From: Nematocida ausubeli
Lineage: Eukaryota
Assembly (NCBI RefSeq): GCF_000738915.1
Contig: NW_026515635.1
Location: 62,001 to 126,000, forward strand
Direction: 5' to 3'
Length of the DNA: 64,000 nt
Shown here: positions 10,423 to 20,929 of the stretch, piece after piece
Numbering within the stretch: position 1 is the first letter of the stretch
Layout of the letters: each line of letters opens with the position of its first letter
Made by a program: the position numbers and the translations under genes
Notes under the pieces: generated by a model
Told to the model about the DNA's origin: nothing
The model's database searches: none
The model's input: only the letters and a program-made list of their open reading frames with translations

Positions 10423-12561
10423 ATGATCATGAACTTACGACCACAGCACGAAAAACTTCTTCGAGAAATTTACAAGAGAGACGGATCCGTAGACGAACAG
10501 AAACTGTCCTTTTTCAAGCACTATCTGCAGCAGAAGCCCATGAAAATCTCAGAGACAATTAACATTTTGAAGGACTACACAAAGAAGTATGCGCAATCGA
10601 ATCAGTTTGAAAAACATCTGACAACCATTGTGATCTCATCGCATCTAATCCAGGACTACTCCATGTTCTGCACGTCCTTTGAGGTGGCGGCCTTGAAGCT
10701 TATCAAGACACACTTGAAGGTTATTCTGCGGGTTATGAAAAAAGGGCCGCAATCTTGCCCTGCAGGGTTCATTGAGACGTGCTGCGAGGAGATGAAAAGG
10801 TGCTTTTTCCTGTTTACGTATGCAGGAACCAGGTGCTCAGAGGCAGAGAGCCTTACCTCCCAGATATTCCTTGCCATATGCAGTGCAATTGACAATGGGT
10901 TTGTGTCTGAGAAAAGAGACCCGCTTGACAACACTGAGATATACGAAAGAATATCGCAGGTGTATGCAGGGAATTGGAACACGCTCTCAACAATTAACAT
11001 AAAAAAGAAGGAAGGCGAGGACGAAAGAATGTCCACAATCAAGGACCCAGATGACGAGTCATACAGCACGGATGCCACCGCGTCATACAACTTTGCAGAG
11101 ATGTCGTACAACTACACAGACGACAAGTCTTCCTCGTCCTCATCTATATTTTCTGTGCATGAAAAGACAGAGATGGAGAAGGTTCCAGAAAAGGCAGAGG
11201 AGAAGGACGGAGATCTGGCGCTTGAGGAGTCTGCATACAACTCAGAGGTTGCCCGAATGCAGGAAATGTCCATACGAAGTGGCACGCCCGACAGCACAAG
11301 AAAGGACTTCATCACAGGAGCGGGGTTTATTGTGAAGTGTGACAGTCTTTCCAGAGTGGAGTTTAACGATAGGTTTCTCCTCAATATTCTTTCCATGATA
11401 ATTAAGGCGTCTGGGCTGCTTGTACGCCATGCAGAAAAGAAGATCTCAAGCTTGAACAGGGCCCTCATTAAAGCAGCGCCGTTCAACAGAGAAATACGCC
11501 AGGACATATTCAGCACGTACTTCCATCTTCTCGCGCCTGCATCCATTCTATCCACAGTTATATACCAGGCGCTGGAGATAGCAAGCGAGCGAGAGATTGA
11601 CAGAATGCACACAATTATATACTACCACATCAGCAGTGACTGCTATGCGGATTTAATTAAGCAGTCAAATTCTATTCTGACATCAAGAAGGCTGAAGATG
11701 TTTGAGTCTGCGAATAACGAAAAAACCAGGCGCACGTACATTCTTCTACTCTTGCAAATAGTTTCGTTCATAGGCAATGTGGAAACAACAGACCCAACTG
11801 CACATATTGCAAAAAGCTTCTACTTTCTGCTGCGGTCTCTCTACCCAAAGAAGACGCTCTTCCGAAAGATAGTGCTCACGGATGCAGATATGCAGGAGCG
11901 CGCGCTGACTGTGAAGTACTTCAAACTGTTTGTGACAAAGTCCCATGACAAAGAAAATCTATTCCACTCTCTTCTTAGGAGAACTTTCCAGAAGGAAGTG
12001 GGGATAGGTTCATCGACAGTTCCTGCAGACCTGAAGCTTCTCATTTCAAAGGAGATGGAGTCTACAATTATGCACCTAGAAAAGTGCTCCTCTCTGGGGC
12101 TTTTGGAGGTGCTTCTGGAAATAGTGGGGTCGCCAAATCTGCAGTTCAGAGAATACATCAGCAGCACGCTTGAGCTGATGGTTGAGCGAGGAATTCTGGA
12201 AAAAAGATCGCAGTTTGAAGAGCATAAAAGAATTAGCTTATTCGCAAAAATAAGGACGCAAGCCATACAGCACGGGGGCTTTTATGTTTCCTTGTTAAAG
12301 AAGTCTATTCCTACGATAAATAAGTCCGAAATAAAAATAGTTGCCGGCGTATTCACAATACTGAATGAGGTATCTGGCTTGGAGGAGTGCGGCAAGTATG
12401 TAGATATTTCAGGAACACATTACAACATAGAGGAGGACAACAAATTATGTAAAAGAGAAAGCAGCGTGCAGGGAAGCAGTGTCAGATCAACCATGACATT
12501 TGGGGGTGTGCGAAAGAGTTCGATTAAACTTTTTGAAATGTTTAAGAAATTGAATAAATAA
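10423..12561 (+). CDS. EFR3-like protein (plasma-membrane PI4-kinase scaffold), divergent
   Basis: N-terminus LRPQHEKLLREIY...EQKLSFFKHY..QKPMKI resembles EFR3 (LRPRYKRLVDNIF...EKLTFYA..PEKL); helical-repeat character; 712 aa. Confidence 0.55.
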   Translation: MIMNLRPQHEKLLREIYKRDGSVDEQKLSFFKHYLQQKPMKISETINILKDYTKKYAQSNQFEKHLTTIVISSHLIQDYSMFCTSFEVAALKLIKTHLKVILRVMKKGPQSCPAGFIETCCEEMKRCFFLFTYAGTRCSEAESLTSQIFLAICSAIDNGFVSEKRDPLDNTEIYERISQVYAGNWNTLSTINIKKKEGEDERMSTIKDPDDESYSTDATASYNFAEMSYNYTDDKSSSSSSIFSVHEKTEMEKVPEKAEEKDGDLALEESAYNSEVARMQEMSIRSGTPDSTRKDFITGAGFIVKCDSLSRVEFNDRFLLNILSMIIKASGLLVRHAEKKISSLNRALIKAAPFNREIRQDIFSTYFHLLAPASILSTVIYQALEIASEREIDRMHTIIYYHISSDCYADLIKQSNSILTSRRLKMFESANNEKTRRTYILLLLQIVSFIGNVETTDPTAHIAKSFYFLLRSLYPKKTLFRKIVLTDADMQERALTVKYFKLFVTKSHDKENLFHSLLRRTFQKEVGIGSSTVPADLKLLISKEMESTIMHLEKCSSLGLLEVLLEIVGSPNLQFREYISSTLELMVERGILEKRSQFEEHKRISLFAKIRTQAIQHGGFYVSLLKKSIPTINKSEIKIVAGVFTILNEVSGLEECGKYVDISGTHYNIEEDNKLCKRESSVQGSSVRSTMTFGGVRKSSIKLFEMFKKLNK

Positions 12562-12694
12562 TGATTCCTTCTGTGTTCCTTCCTAGATATATTAAAGAAT
12601 TTAGCAAAGCCCTACACTAATATCCATCTGCAGCAAAGCCCAGAGGATACTTTTGGGCGCGAATGTATATTAAAGAGAGACACTTTTTATTTGC

Positions 12695-13507
12695 ATGAAA
12701 AGAGTACGAAGCAAGAAAATAGAAAATGACAAAAAGCTAAGCGTACTCTACGAACAGGAGGTAGACATGTCTCGTGTTCAGGAATATACAGGCCCAGCAC
12801 TTGCCACAGGTGTGGAAAAGGAAGAGGAGGAAGAACACCACCTAAAAGAGATTATATCCAGAAGGGCCCGAGACATTCCTACCCCGCGAATAGAGAAAGC
12901 AGCGAAGCAAGAAATAAAAAAGAGAAAGACGCAAAAGAGCCAGGAGGCAGAGAAGGAGGCAGTACATGAGGAGCCAGCAAACTATTTGGAGGACACAGGG
13001 GATGTAAACCAGCCAGACATTGAAAGCATAATTATGCAGGAGGGTGACTTGCCTGCAGAGTATCTCCCCTTTGTCTGCTTCAGAAAAAGAGAACTAAAGA
13101 CACTTAGAAAGGCAAGAAAGTCTGACAGCTCTGTTGAAAAGATAAAGAAGATAAAGGTAGACCTGCAGATGATTAGAAGACTCACAGAGCTGACTCTGCA
13201 AAGGGACAACTATCTGTCGCAGCATCTAACCACAATCTTCAATATTTTCAGCATATGTAGAGAAATGAACAAAAGGCTTGATATTGGCGTGCTAAACATA
13301 AGCGAGAGTATTCTCAGAGATATTTTGTTCACCAAAATAACCAGCAAAAGCGATCTTTTCTACAAGAGAATACCTTCCTTTACCAATCTGTATCTCTGCA
13401 GGAAGAGCATTGGCGGTCTTAGAAAGCTATTGAAGGCAGGCCCACCCCCTGAGCACAGATTGGAGCTCACAAAAAAGGAGATAGACTACCTCAATACATA
13501 TTATTAA
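12695..13507 (+). CDS. EPL1: Enhancer of polycomb-like protein (NuA4 subunit), reduced
   Basis: TGVEKEEEEEHHL..IPTP and PFVCFRKRE..RKARKSD match EPC1/Epl1 conserved blocks. Confidence 0.85.
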   Translation: MKRVRSKKIENDKKLSVLYEQEVDMSRVQEYTGPALATGVEKEEEEEHHLKEIISRRARDIPTPRIEKAAKQEIKKRKTQKSQEAEKEAVHEEPANYLEDTGDVNQPDIESIIMQEGDLPAEYLPFVCFRKRELKTLRKARKSDSSVEKIKKIKVDLQMIRRLTELTLQRDNYLSQHLTTIFNIFSICREMNKRLDIGVLNISESILRDILFTKITSKSDLFYKRIPSFTNLYLCRKSIGGLRKLLKAGPPPEHRLELTKKEIDYLNTYY

Positions 13508-14161
13508 TGTACACAATAGAGCAACGCAGCTGCAGTTGTCTTGTATTATGTGCTCGTGTTTCTTCAAGTGAATGAGCACTGGAGTGCATGCTAGGCCAGC
13601 TGAAATGAAATAAATATTTAGAACACAATGTTTTTGGGCTGCTTATATAAACATATCAAGCAGCATCTTCAGACTATGCAAATAATTCTTATGCTGTCTC
13701 TTTGTGGACTGTGTCTGTAGTTGAATTCTATTTCTGTTTTACCATCTTTGGTTTTATTCATCTTTCGTCTATTCTTTTGCTTGAGAGCTTAAATCTAGCC
13801 CATTAGATCAAATACTATTAGAAAGTATATGCAGCATGTATCCATAAAAATAAAAGAAAAAGAACTTTCCACTGAAGAAACCTGCCTATAATTTAGACCC
13901 CAATCCATATCTTTTATCTTTGCAGAGCGTTTTGAGATCTGCGTGTTTTAGTGGGGAGTAAAAGGGTCTTTGTGCCGATTTGTTTTGGTGGAATGCAGTA
14001 TGCATGCAGAGCAGCCTATAAATAAAAAGAAAGTAAAATGCATTTTGCACAGAGAATCTGTTGCAGCAGCTGTTTTTCAATGTGGAAGAAGGGCCTATTG
14101 CAGAAAAACACTGCACTGCGTAACTGGTTTTATAGTTACATTTTTTAAAATATTTTATTCC

Positions 14162-14884
14162 ATGGAGGATACATGCAGTAAAAGACGCTTCAGAATTGCA
14201 ATTGACGGGCCTGCTGGCGCTGGAAAGACTACACTCGCAGGAATACTTGCCAAAACCCTTGGGTTTGAGCATATTAACACGGGGATGATCTACAGAGCGC
14301 TTTCCTATGTGCTGCTAAACGAATTTGCAGATGCCTCAAAGGAGGAGCTAGAGCGCATTCTAAGCAGCAAGAGTGCGCAGCTTACTGAAACAATCCAGGG
14401 GTTTTCTCCATTTATAATGAAAGACCAAGTGGTGGTGAACGGCGCTGATATAATTGGAGAGCTCAGAACACCCAGGATAGACTCAATTGTGGGAATAATT
14501 TCAAAATATGAGATAATCCGGAGAAGGGTGAAAGTGATACAGAAGAATCTTATAGATGCCCATCTGCAGGTTGTAGTGGAGGGAAGAGACATTGGATCCG
14601 AAATCATTCCTGATGCAGAGCTGAAAGTATATTTGGAGGCATCCGTGGAAGAGAGGGCCATTCGCAGAGAGAAAGAAAGATCAAAAGATCAGGACGGTCA
14701 AAATGATCAGAATCTAGAGGAAATTGAACAGGAAATTAAGGAGCGGGACTATCTTGACTCTACTAGAGAGATATCTCCACTGGTCAAGCCTTTGGATGCA
14801 GTTGTTGTAGACAATACAAGCTTAACAGTTGAAGAAACAGTAAAGAAGATTCAAAAGATAGTTGCACAGAGAATGAGAATGTAA
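14162..14884 (+). CDS. cmk: Cytidylate kinase, bacterial Cmk type
   Basis: IAIDGPAGAGKTT, NTGMIYRA, VVEGRDIG, AELKVYLEASVEERAIRR, RDYLDSTREISPL are Cmk motifs. Start set to the first plausible ATG (14162) just before the P-loop. Confidence 0.92.
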   Translation: MEDTCSKRRFRIAIDGPAGAGKTTLAGILAKTLGFEHINTGMIYRALSYVLLNEFADASKEELERILSSKSAQLTETIQGFSPFIMKDQVVVNGADIIGELRTPRIDSIVGIISKYEIIRRRVKVIQKNLIDAHLQVVVEGRDIGSEIIPDAELKVYLEASVEERAIRREKERSKDQDGQNDQNLEEIEQEIKERDYLDSTREISPLVKPLDAVVVDNTSLTVEETVKKIQKIVAQRMRM

Positions 14885-15381
14885 TAAAAGCATTTAGATG
14901 AACTAAATTCGGGTTAGATGTGCACGGACCAGGAGATCTTCTCATGCTTCATGCATTCTATTCCTCTTGGCTTATTCCTCTAGTTGTTCATTTTGGCTAT
15001 CGCTGACTCTAGCCCGTGCGTTGCCAGAGCAGGCCATGCACCGGCACATTATGAGGTATACCCGCCAGATCTGCACCTTAACTGCTTCAGAGTCTGCGCC
15101 TGAACATGCGGTGAATTTTCTTGCACATTTGCATGCAGTCACTGCACATTCGAATTTATTTACGTAGTTGCAATTTCTGGATGGTTTGCTAGAAATAGTA
15201 GAGTAATACGCCATGCATGCTAGCTTCATCCTGCGCGTAAAATATTTCTCTGTTCCAGCACAGAGCTCTTACACAGAGTGGGATTTATGAAAAACCAGCA
15301 ATAGATAGAAAAGTGTGCACGCGCAGGCACTTTCTGATTGATAATGTACTGAAACTTGGTTCTTTCAATTTTCGCGCACAG

Positions 15382-16464
15382 TTATTTATTTGCAGTATTG
15401 TTTTGATTCTTAACTTCATTAATCACCTTTTTGTGCTCCATATCAAACTTCTCTTTTACTTTATAGGCCTGCCCAAGCAGGATCTTAAATGGATCTTCTA
15501 TTTCAAGCTCCGGATTCTTTTTTTTGCACGCAGACTGCGCTTCTGAAATTCGGGTGCTGTATTTGTCCATGATGCGCTGGCTGAGTATATGCATTACTGC
15601 ACTGTAGAACACAGTAAGATTTTCTAAATTATCGTAGAATTTGTAGATGTACATTCGGATTAGAAACCTGGGGCTTCTTAAAAAGTGTTCTTCTGTGAAG
15701 CTGTTGAACGTCTTAGGCTCCTTCAAATGCTTCTTGCAGATGCACTGCCGTATGTTATTATAATCTGTGAATATGCCAGACACTCTTTCTACTTCCTTGG
15801 TGTATCGCAGCAGTCCACTCTCTAAATCCATTGGAACTTTGCACAGCTTATTCTTTATGGATCTTTTCCTTTTTATCAGAAGCACCTTTTCTGTTCTATC
15901 AGATGCGCTCTTCTTCATGTAGAGATGCACAGGCACTCCTTCTGAGAGAAGAAAAAAAGCTGCAATTACAATATCTTTATGCTCTTGCATGGCAGAGCTT
16001 GCAAGAAACTTGTAGAACTTGCTTGACTCATTCAGCTCTACTTCTGTTCCATCTTTTTTTAATCTAAATACCTCTAAAAATACCTGGCTGCACCTATCTA
16101 AATAATCTGTAACTGACCCCTTTACGCCTCCACTGCACACTATGTACTTTTTAAGGCACGCATTACAGTCTTTCTTCCCTGCTCTATACATTTTGGAATT
16201 CTTTTCTGCCTGCAGCCGGGCCTGTGTCTCTTTATAATATAGCAAAAGAACTCGTGCTCTGTCTATATAGAATGGATACAGCGGGCAGAGAGGCCCTTTT
16301 GGATTTATTGCTGCCTTTGAAGCATACCCAAATGGAATTCTCACCGTGTGAATCTTATCTATCTCCTCAAGCGATAAAGCACTAGATATTCTACACCCAC
16401 ACATTAAGATGCACCCTACGCAAAACATAATTATATTTGTCTGTAGCTCCTTTTTTCTGTGCAT
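15382..16464 (-). CDS. Large secreted gene-family member, short form (360 aa)
   Basis: Signal-peptide-like N-terminus; INPKGPL, FFLLSEGVPV, FLRSPRFLIRMYIY motifs shared with the genes at 37.2, 52.3 and 56.1 kb. Confidence 0.75.
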   Translation of the reverse strand: MHRKKELQTNIIMFCVGCILMCGCRISSALSLEEIDKIHTVRIPFGYASKAAINPKGPLCPLYPFYIDRARVLLLYYKETQARLQAEKNSKMYRAGKKDCNACLKKYIVCSGGVKGSVTDYLDRCSQVFLEVFRLKKDGTEVELNESSKFYKFLASSAMQEHKDIVIAAFFLLSEGVPVHLYMKKSASDRTEKVLLIKRKRSIKNKLCKVPMDLESGLLRYTKEVERVSGIFTDYNNIRQCICKKHLKEPKTFNSFTEEHFLRSPRFLIRMYIYKFYDNLENLTVFYSAVMHILSQRIMDKYSTRISEAQSACKKKNPELEIEDPFKILLGQAYKVKEKFDMEHKKVINEVKNQNNTANK

Positions 16465-16675
16465 TTTCCTCTTAAAAGCTTTTACCTTGCAGAAATATTT
16501 TACTGCATTGATTTTTCTATCTTACCTGGCCTAATATGCAACTGATTCGGACTATATCCTAACTGTTTGTTTTCTTTTACAGCGCTGCAGCCTATTCTTT
16601 TCTTGGCACTTTTGTCTTTTGATGCAGCCTTGGCTCTAGTTATATGTCCAGGGATGTTTTTATTTTTTTATTCGT

Positions 16676-17488
16676 ATGCGCAATAGCACTGCTCTGTTTG
16701 AGGATATATGTGGGCTTATTATAAGGAATGAAAATAAAGATGAGTCACTAAAGAGGCTGCGGACTATTCTATCTGAGAGTGAAGAGTGCAAATCCAGAAT
16801 GGCTGAGCAGTTTGGCATTTTAACCGTATTTCTTAAGGACATTTCATCTGTGTATGAGTATTTGGCTTTGGAGAGAACTACTATACCAGAGAACATATAC
16901 ACAATTCTAGAGATCATCACTCTGTTGACAGACATAGATAGCTTTATATTGTATGCAATTGACTCTAATTTACTCTTATTTCTGTATCCAATAATCAATT
17001 CATCAATTAGGAACGAAGAGATTGAAGAGCTCAAGTACATCACATTCCAGATCATCAAGTGCATCCTTAAGAAAAACAAGATTGAGAATCTGATTGAGTT
17101 CTTCAAGAACACAGAGTTAGTACCGCTTTGTCTGAGAAACATGGAGCTGGGCCGAAAGAAAACAAAAATAGAAGCAAGTGAGGTCTTCTATCTTATTATT
17201 TCTGTTCAAGACGGCCTAGAGTACTCGTGCCAAACATACGATCGATTTATGGCGATCTCCATGATTCTTAACTCTGTGCTTGTGCAAATGGAAACAATCC
17301 AGTCCCCAAGACTTCTAGAGCTAACTATAAAGATATACACAAAGCTATGCAATATGCCAAATGCAAAAATAGCCTTCAATAAAAACAGGCCGCACATGCT
17401 ATACACAGAAAGCATTCGCGAATTAGTCAGGACACACCCGAATGTTAAGGCTGCATATGACGAGTTTTTGAGCATACTTCAAAACTAG
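16676..17488 (+). CDS. CAF40: CCR4-NOT subunit Rcd1/CAF40/CNOT9
   Basis: LFLYPII, TELVPLCLRNMELG, DGLEYSCQTYDRF match Rcd1 (LFLYPFL, TEIIPLCLRIME.G, GL.YICQTYERF). Confidence 0.88.
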   Translation: MRNSTALFEDICGLIIRNENKDESLKRLRTILSESEECKSRMAEQFGILTVFLKDISSVYEYLALERTTIPENIYTILEIITLLTDIDSFILYAIDSNLLLFLYPIINSSIRNEEIEELKYITFQIIKCILKKNKIENLIEFFKNTELVPLCLRNMELGRKKTKIEASEVFYLIISVQDGLEYSCQTYDRFMAISMILNSVLVQMETIQSPRLLELTIKIYTKLCNMPNAKIAFNKNRPHMLYTESIRELVRTHPNVKAAYDEFLSILQN

Positions 17489-18214
17489 CCAGAAATGACT
17501 TCTGTGCTAATAAACGAGTGGCCAGCAGCTATATCTGGTTGATTTACAGATGCATATGAACTCAGGCTGTTTGGCTGTATATGAAGCTTATGAAAGTCAT
17601 TGAGACACTTTCTTCCATATGCATTCCTAGTATAAAGTGCCATTTTGTGTGGCTTATTACATCGTGTAGATAAATGTAATCGAAGTAATAAATATATTTC
17701 TTAGTTTATTGGCTTTCTCTGCATAAATCCTCCTATGATTGAACTGCACAGCACAGAGGCTCCATTCTACTTGTTTGTTTTTTATTTGCTGTGCGCCTCT
17801 GAGAAGGGGAGTATAAACCATTGCCAAGAATATTACAGAAATTTTCTCATAAATACGCATATACTCATCTAAATGTATTATTTATTCGATTTTGACTATC
17901 AGGACTTCTACTCCCAGGTAGCTATTCAATTAGCACCTTTCTGTCAGTGACACGCCTTCCCCTGAAAATGGAGAAAGACCTATGAACAGGCAGAAGACCC
18001 AATAGAGGCTAAATAAGAATAATATTTTATTATCATTATCTAAGCATTCGGCACTTCTGAAATAAAAACTAAAAGGCATAGGGAATTGGTCGTCTACTCA
18101 TTACTAGCAGAGAATTCTTCTATTCGGTTTGTAATAGCCTGGCTATCCAATTATTTTGTTTGTTATAGTGGCACAGCTATCCTGGCTGTAGACACTCGGC
18201 ACATCCTTCGTTTT

Positions 18215-19120
18215 TCATTCATGTTTGTATATTATATTTTTGCCTCCTTTCTTTTCGACTGCGCACATCCATATTCTTGTTTTGTATGTCTTATATAGTT
18301 CTTTAACTAGCTCTCTAAAGTCAATTCTTTTGTCGCTTTTGAAGTGGAAAGTCAGCTTGTTTCTATCCCACTGGTACTCTGCACTAACAATTTCCATTGG
18401 CAATTTCTTTTCTTTTACCTTTTCTCGGCAACTATTTACAGCTATTTGTTCTAACTCGTTCTGCTCTAGTAGCATAAGCTTATCCTTGTCGGTTGCGACT
18501 CTGTATATTTTTTTTGTTTCAATCGTTGCTATGTTATATTTCTCTGCCAGCTCTGATATGCAGTTTGTGTCGATTACATCAACAATGACAGATCCGCAAT
18601 CCTCCCCCCTATCGGCCTCTATAATAACAAAAGCCCCCTTCACCAGAAAGAGATTCTTGTATATTCCAAAACACCTGCCTCCGCTGCCAAACTGCACTAT
18701 GCATACGCTGCTGCCAAAGTATCCTGTATTTCTGGTTATTTCTATCGCACTCTGCGCTACAGAGGCAAACATGCTCGGGTCAAGAGAGTGTCTTCGAAGG
18801 TGTGCAAGGCACCCCTTTTCCGAAAGTATCTGCTGGGTGGCTCTGTGCGTATTTGTGTCCTTAGACACTATTTTATCGTCACTATCATGCCCCATTTCTG
18901 GAAATGCATTGTAAAAATTTATATTATTTAGGGACATACTTCTTTTTCTGCCCTCTTTTTGCTCAACAGGAGCAGCATACTTGGGTGGCTGGCTGTTTAT
19001 GCTGTTCGACCGAGTTCTGAAAGAGTTTCCAATAATCTTCCAGTCCTTACTATTCATGTACGACCAGATATTATCACTAATAAATGGGGATAATGCAAAT
19101 GTATTCTCTCTGTCTTTCAT
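18215..19120 (-). CDS. PSP1 C-terminal domain protein
   Basis: VIIEADRGEDCG, MEIVSAEYQWDRNKLTF, RIDFRELVKELYKTYKTRIWM. Start set to ATG 19120 (track start is TTG). Confidence 0.9.
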   Translation of the reverse strand: MKDRENTFALSPFISDNIWSYMNSKDWKIIGNSFRTRSNSINSQPPKYAAPVEQKEGRKRSMSLNNINFYNAFPEMGHDSDDKIVSKDTNTHRATQQILSEKGCLAHLRRHSLDPSMFASVAQSAIEITRNTGYFGSSVCIVQFGSGGRCFGIYKNLFLVKGAFVIIEADRGEDCGSVIVDVIDTNCISELAEKYNIATIETKKIYRVATDKDKLMLLEQNELEQIAVNSCREKVKEKKLPMEIVSAEYQWDRNKLTFHFKSDKRIDFRELVKELYKTYKTRIWMCAVEKKGGKNIIYKHE

Positions 19121-20919
19121 AAACCACAATATTATCTAATAAAAAATAAAAATAAAAATAGATAATTAACACGTAACAAAACGTGTCAGAATCAAATAAC
19201 AAAAGGAGCACATGGAATAATGTGTGGGAAATGACCTACAGTAATGGGTCTTTTGAAGAGCTCCTCAGAGACTGTGTTTTCAGATACTCTGCCCCACTAA
19301 AAAGCAGATTTTTGCGCATAGTTATGATCTCAATCAGATATTATCTATGGAACTCCATGCATATTCCTGCTTAAATGCAAATTCTCCTTGGATGGCTGCA
19401 CAGAACCTAGCAACCAAAGGGCTCTGCGCTGTTTGTTTCCCATGAAACCAAATATTTGATACCTTGGTTATGGCTCTCTATAACAATGTATAGGATATTG
19501 TTGTGGACCCACACTATCACTAAACACTGGGGAGATGCGTGTTTCTACTTTGTAAAACAAATTCATATGTGTTTCTGTGGCCGCCGCTATGAAATACTTG
19601 CAAATGAATGGCTGGAAGGGAACTTTGGCATTCAGGGCCTACTATAAGGAAAACTTGTTACCTAACTTTATTTTAGACTTCATTTTAGAGCATGCAGCAA
19701 AGACATAATACTATGTGCGCAAAATTCCCAGGCCCCAATTTCTGCTGATCATATCTTCTTGATCTGTTGTAATGTCTTTTATGCATATGCTATTTCTAAT
19801 TTAATCAGGTTAGTCTAAAGACTTTTGATTTTTCAAAGAAAATGCAGCACTCTAAAAATACGCATGCATGGGCAGCTTAAATACCAAATGTGGAAGGTCT
19901 GCTGAAGGAGTGTACTAATAATATAAATCATCAGATTTAAGTGTAAACCACATGCTTTTGTATGCAGCATGTCTATGTTTCTAGGAGTGAACACAAAGGA
20001 TATATAAAAACTCTTAGAGCTGTAAGAAAGACTAAGGACACGCTTAAAATACTGTAATGGTTAGTGCTTGGCCTTTTTAGTCATTAGAGCAGTGTTTTTA
20101 TTAATTAGTTAATTAATTGTCCTCTATCACACAACCTGTCATTTAATTAAATAATTAATTAGCGCAAGTATATTAGAGCTCAGTAGAAAATAAATTATAT
20201 ATTTGCAAGCAATCATTTAGAACAAAGAATGCTTTTTCTTTTCTATTGACTCTCGAATAGTTTAGCACCTTGGTATAATCTGAAGCCCTTATATTCCCTG
20301 CTAGTTCTGTAGCTTAAATGGTGTTTTATTTGCATCTTTTTGCCATGCATACTGCATATATTGCGCATAAAGATGCACGCCTGCTACAGAAACATTATCT
20401 GAAACTGCCAAGTTGCAACTAGACCATGCACCTATATTCACTCAGAAATACAACTAAGACACCCTAGAATATCTTAAATTATCACACATATTTTCTCATG
20501 CAACCAAAGGATTCTTTAATTATTTTTGCAGCCTTTCTGCTTTTCTCTATATGGAGTTGCATCTAGTTCATTTGAGGTGCATATTTTCATGTATGGTTTT
20601 GGCTTTGAAGATACTGTACTAGTGGTTTCTGCTAGTTTGTTTGGGTTACATCTACAGCAATTCTTCTTTGAACTTCTCATACATCTGTGTTTTATGTCTT
20701 GCGTGCTGCTGGAATTCAAATAGCTTTTATAGCATGGATTTTTTGAAATGTCCTGTTTAGCTGGTTTCATTGAGCGCCACTAAATACACGTATGCTATGC
20801 GTGTTTATGCGTATATATTCCAGGTTTTGTGCATTTTTGCTCTCTATTTGCAGGTTTGCTGTATGAAGTGTCTGCTGTTTTTTTATTTTCGGTTGTATAT
20901 AATTTTAAATTTTTTCTAT

Positions 20920-20924
20920 CCCTG
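20920..20924 (+). promoter_or_regulatory. CCCTG start-proximal motif (microsporidian CCC-type promoter element)
   Basis: CCCTG lies 5 nt before the RPL3 ATG, after an AT-rich block. The same motif precedes RPL15 (45336-45340, - strand) and the 55001 ORF (54988-54993); CCC directly precedes the DcpS ATG (22508-22510). Confidence 0.6.
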
Positions 20925-20929
20925 TAAGT

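Noticed and set aside
19183..20900. Short ORFs in the long PSP1-RPL3 spacer
   Set aside because: Under 100 aa, several with non-ATG starts, no motifs; no convincing RNA structure seen by eye.
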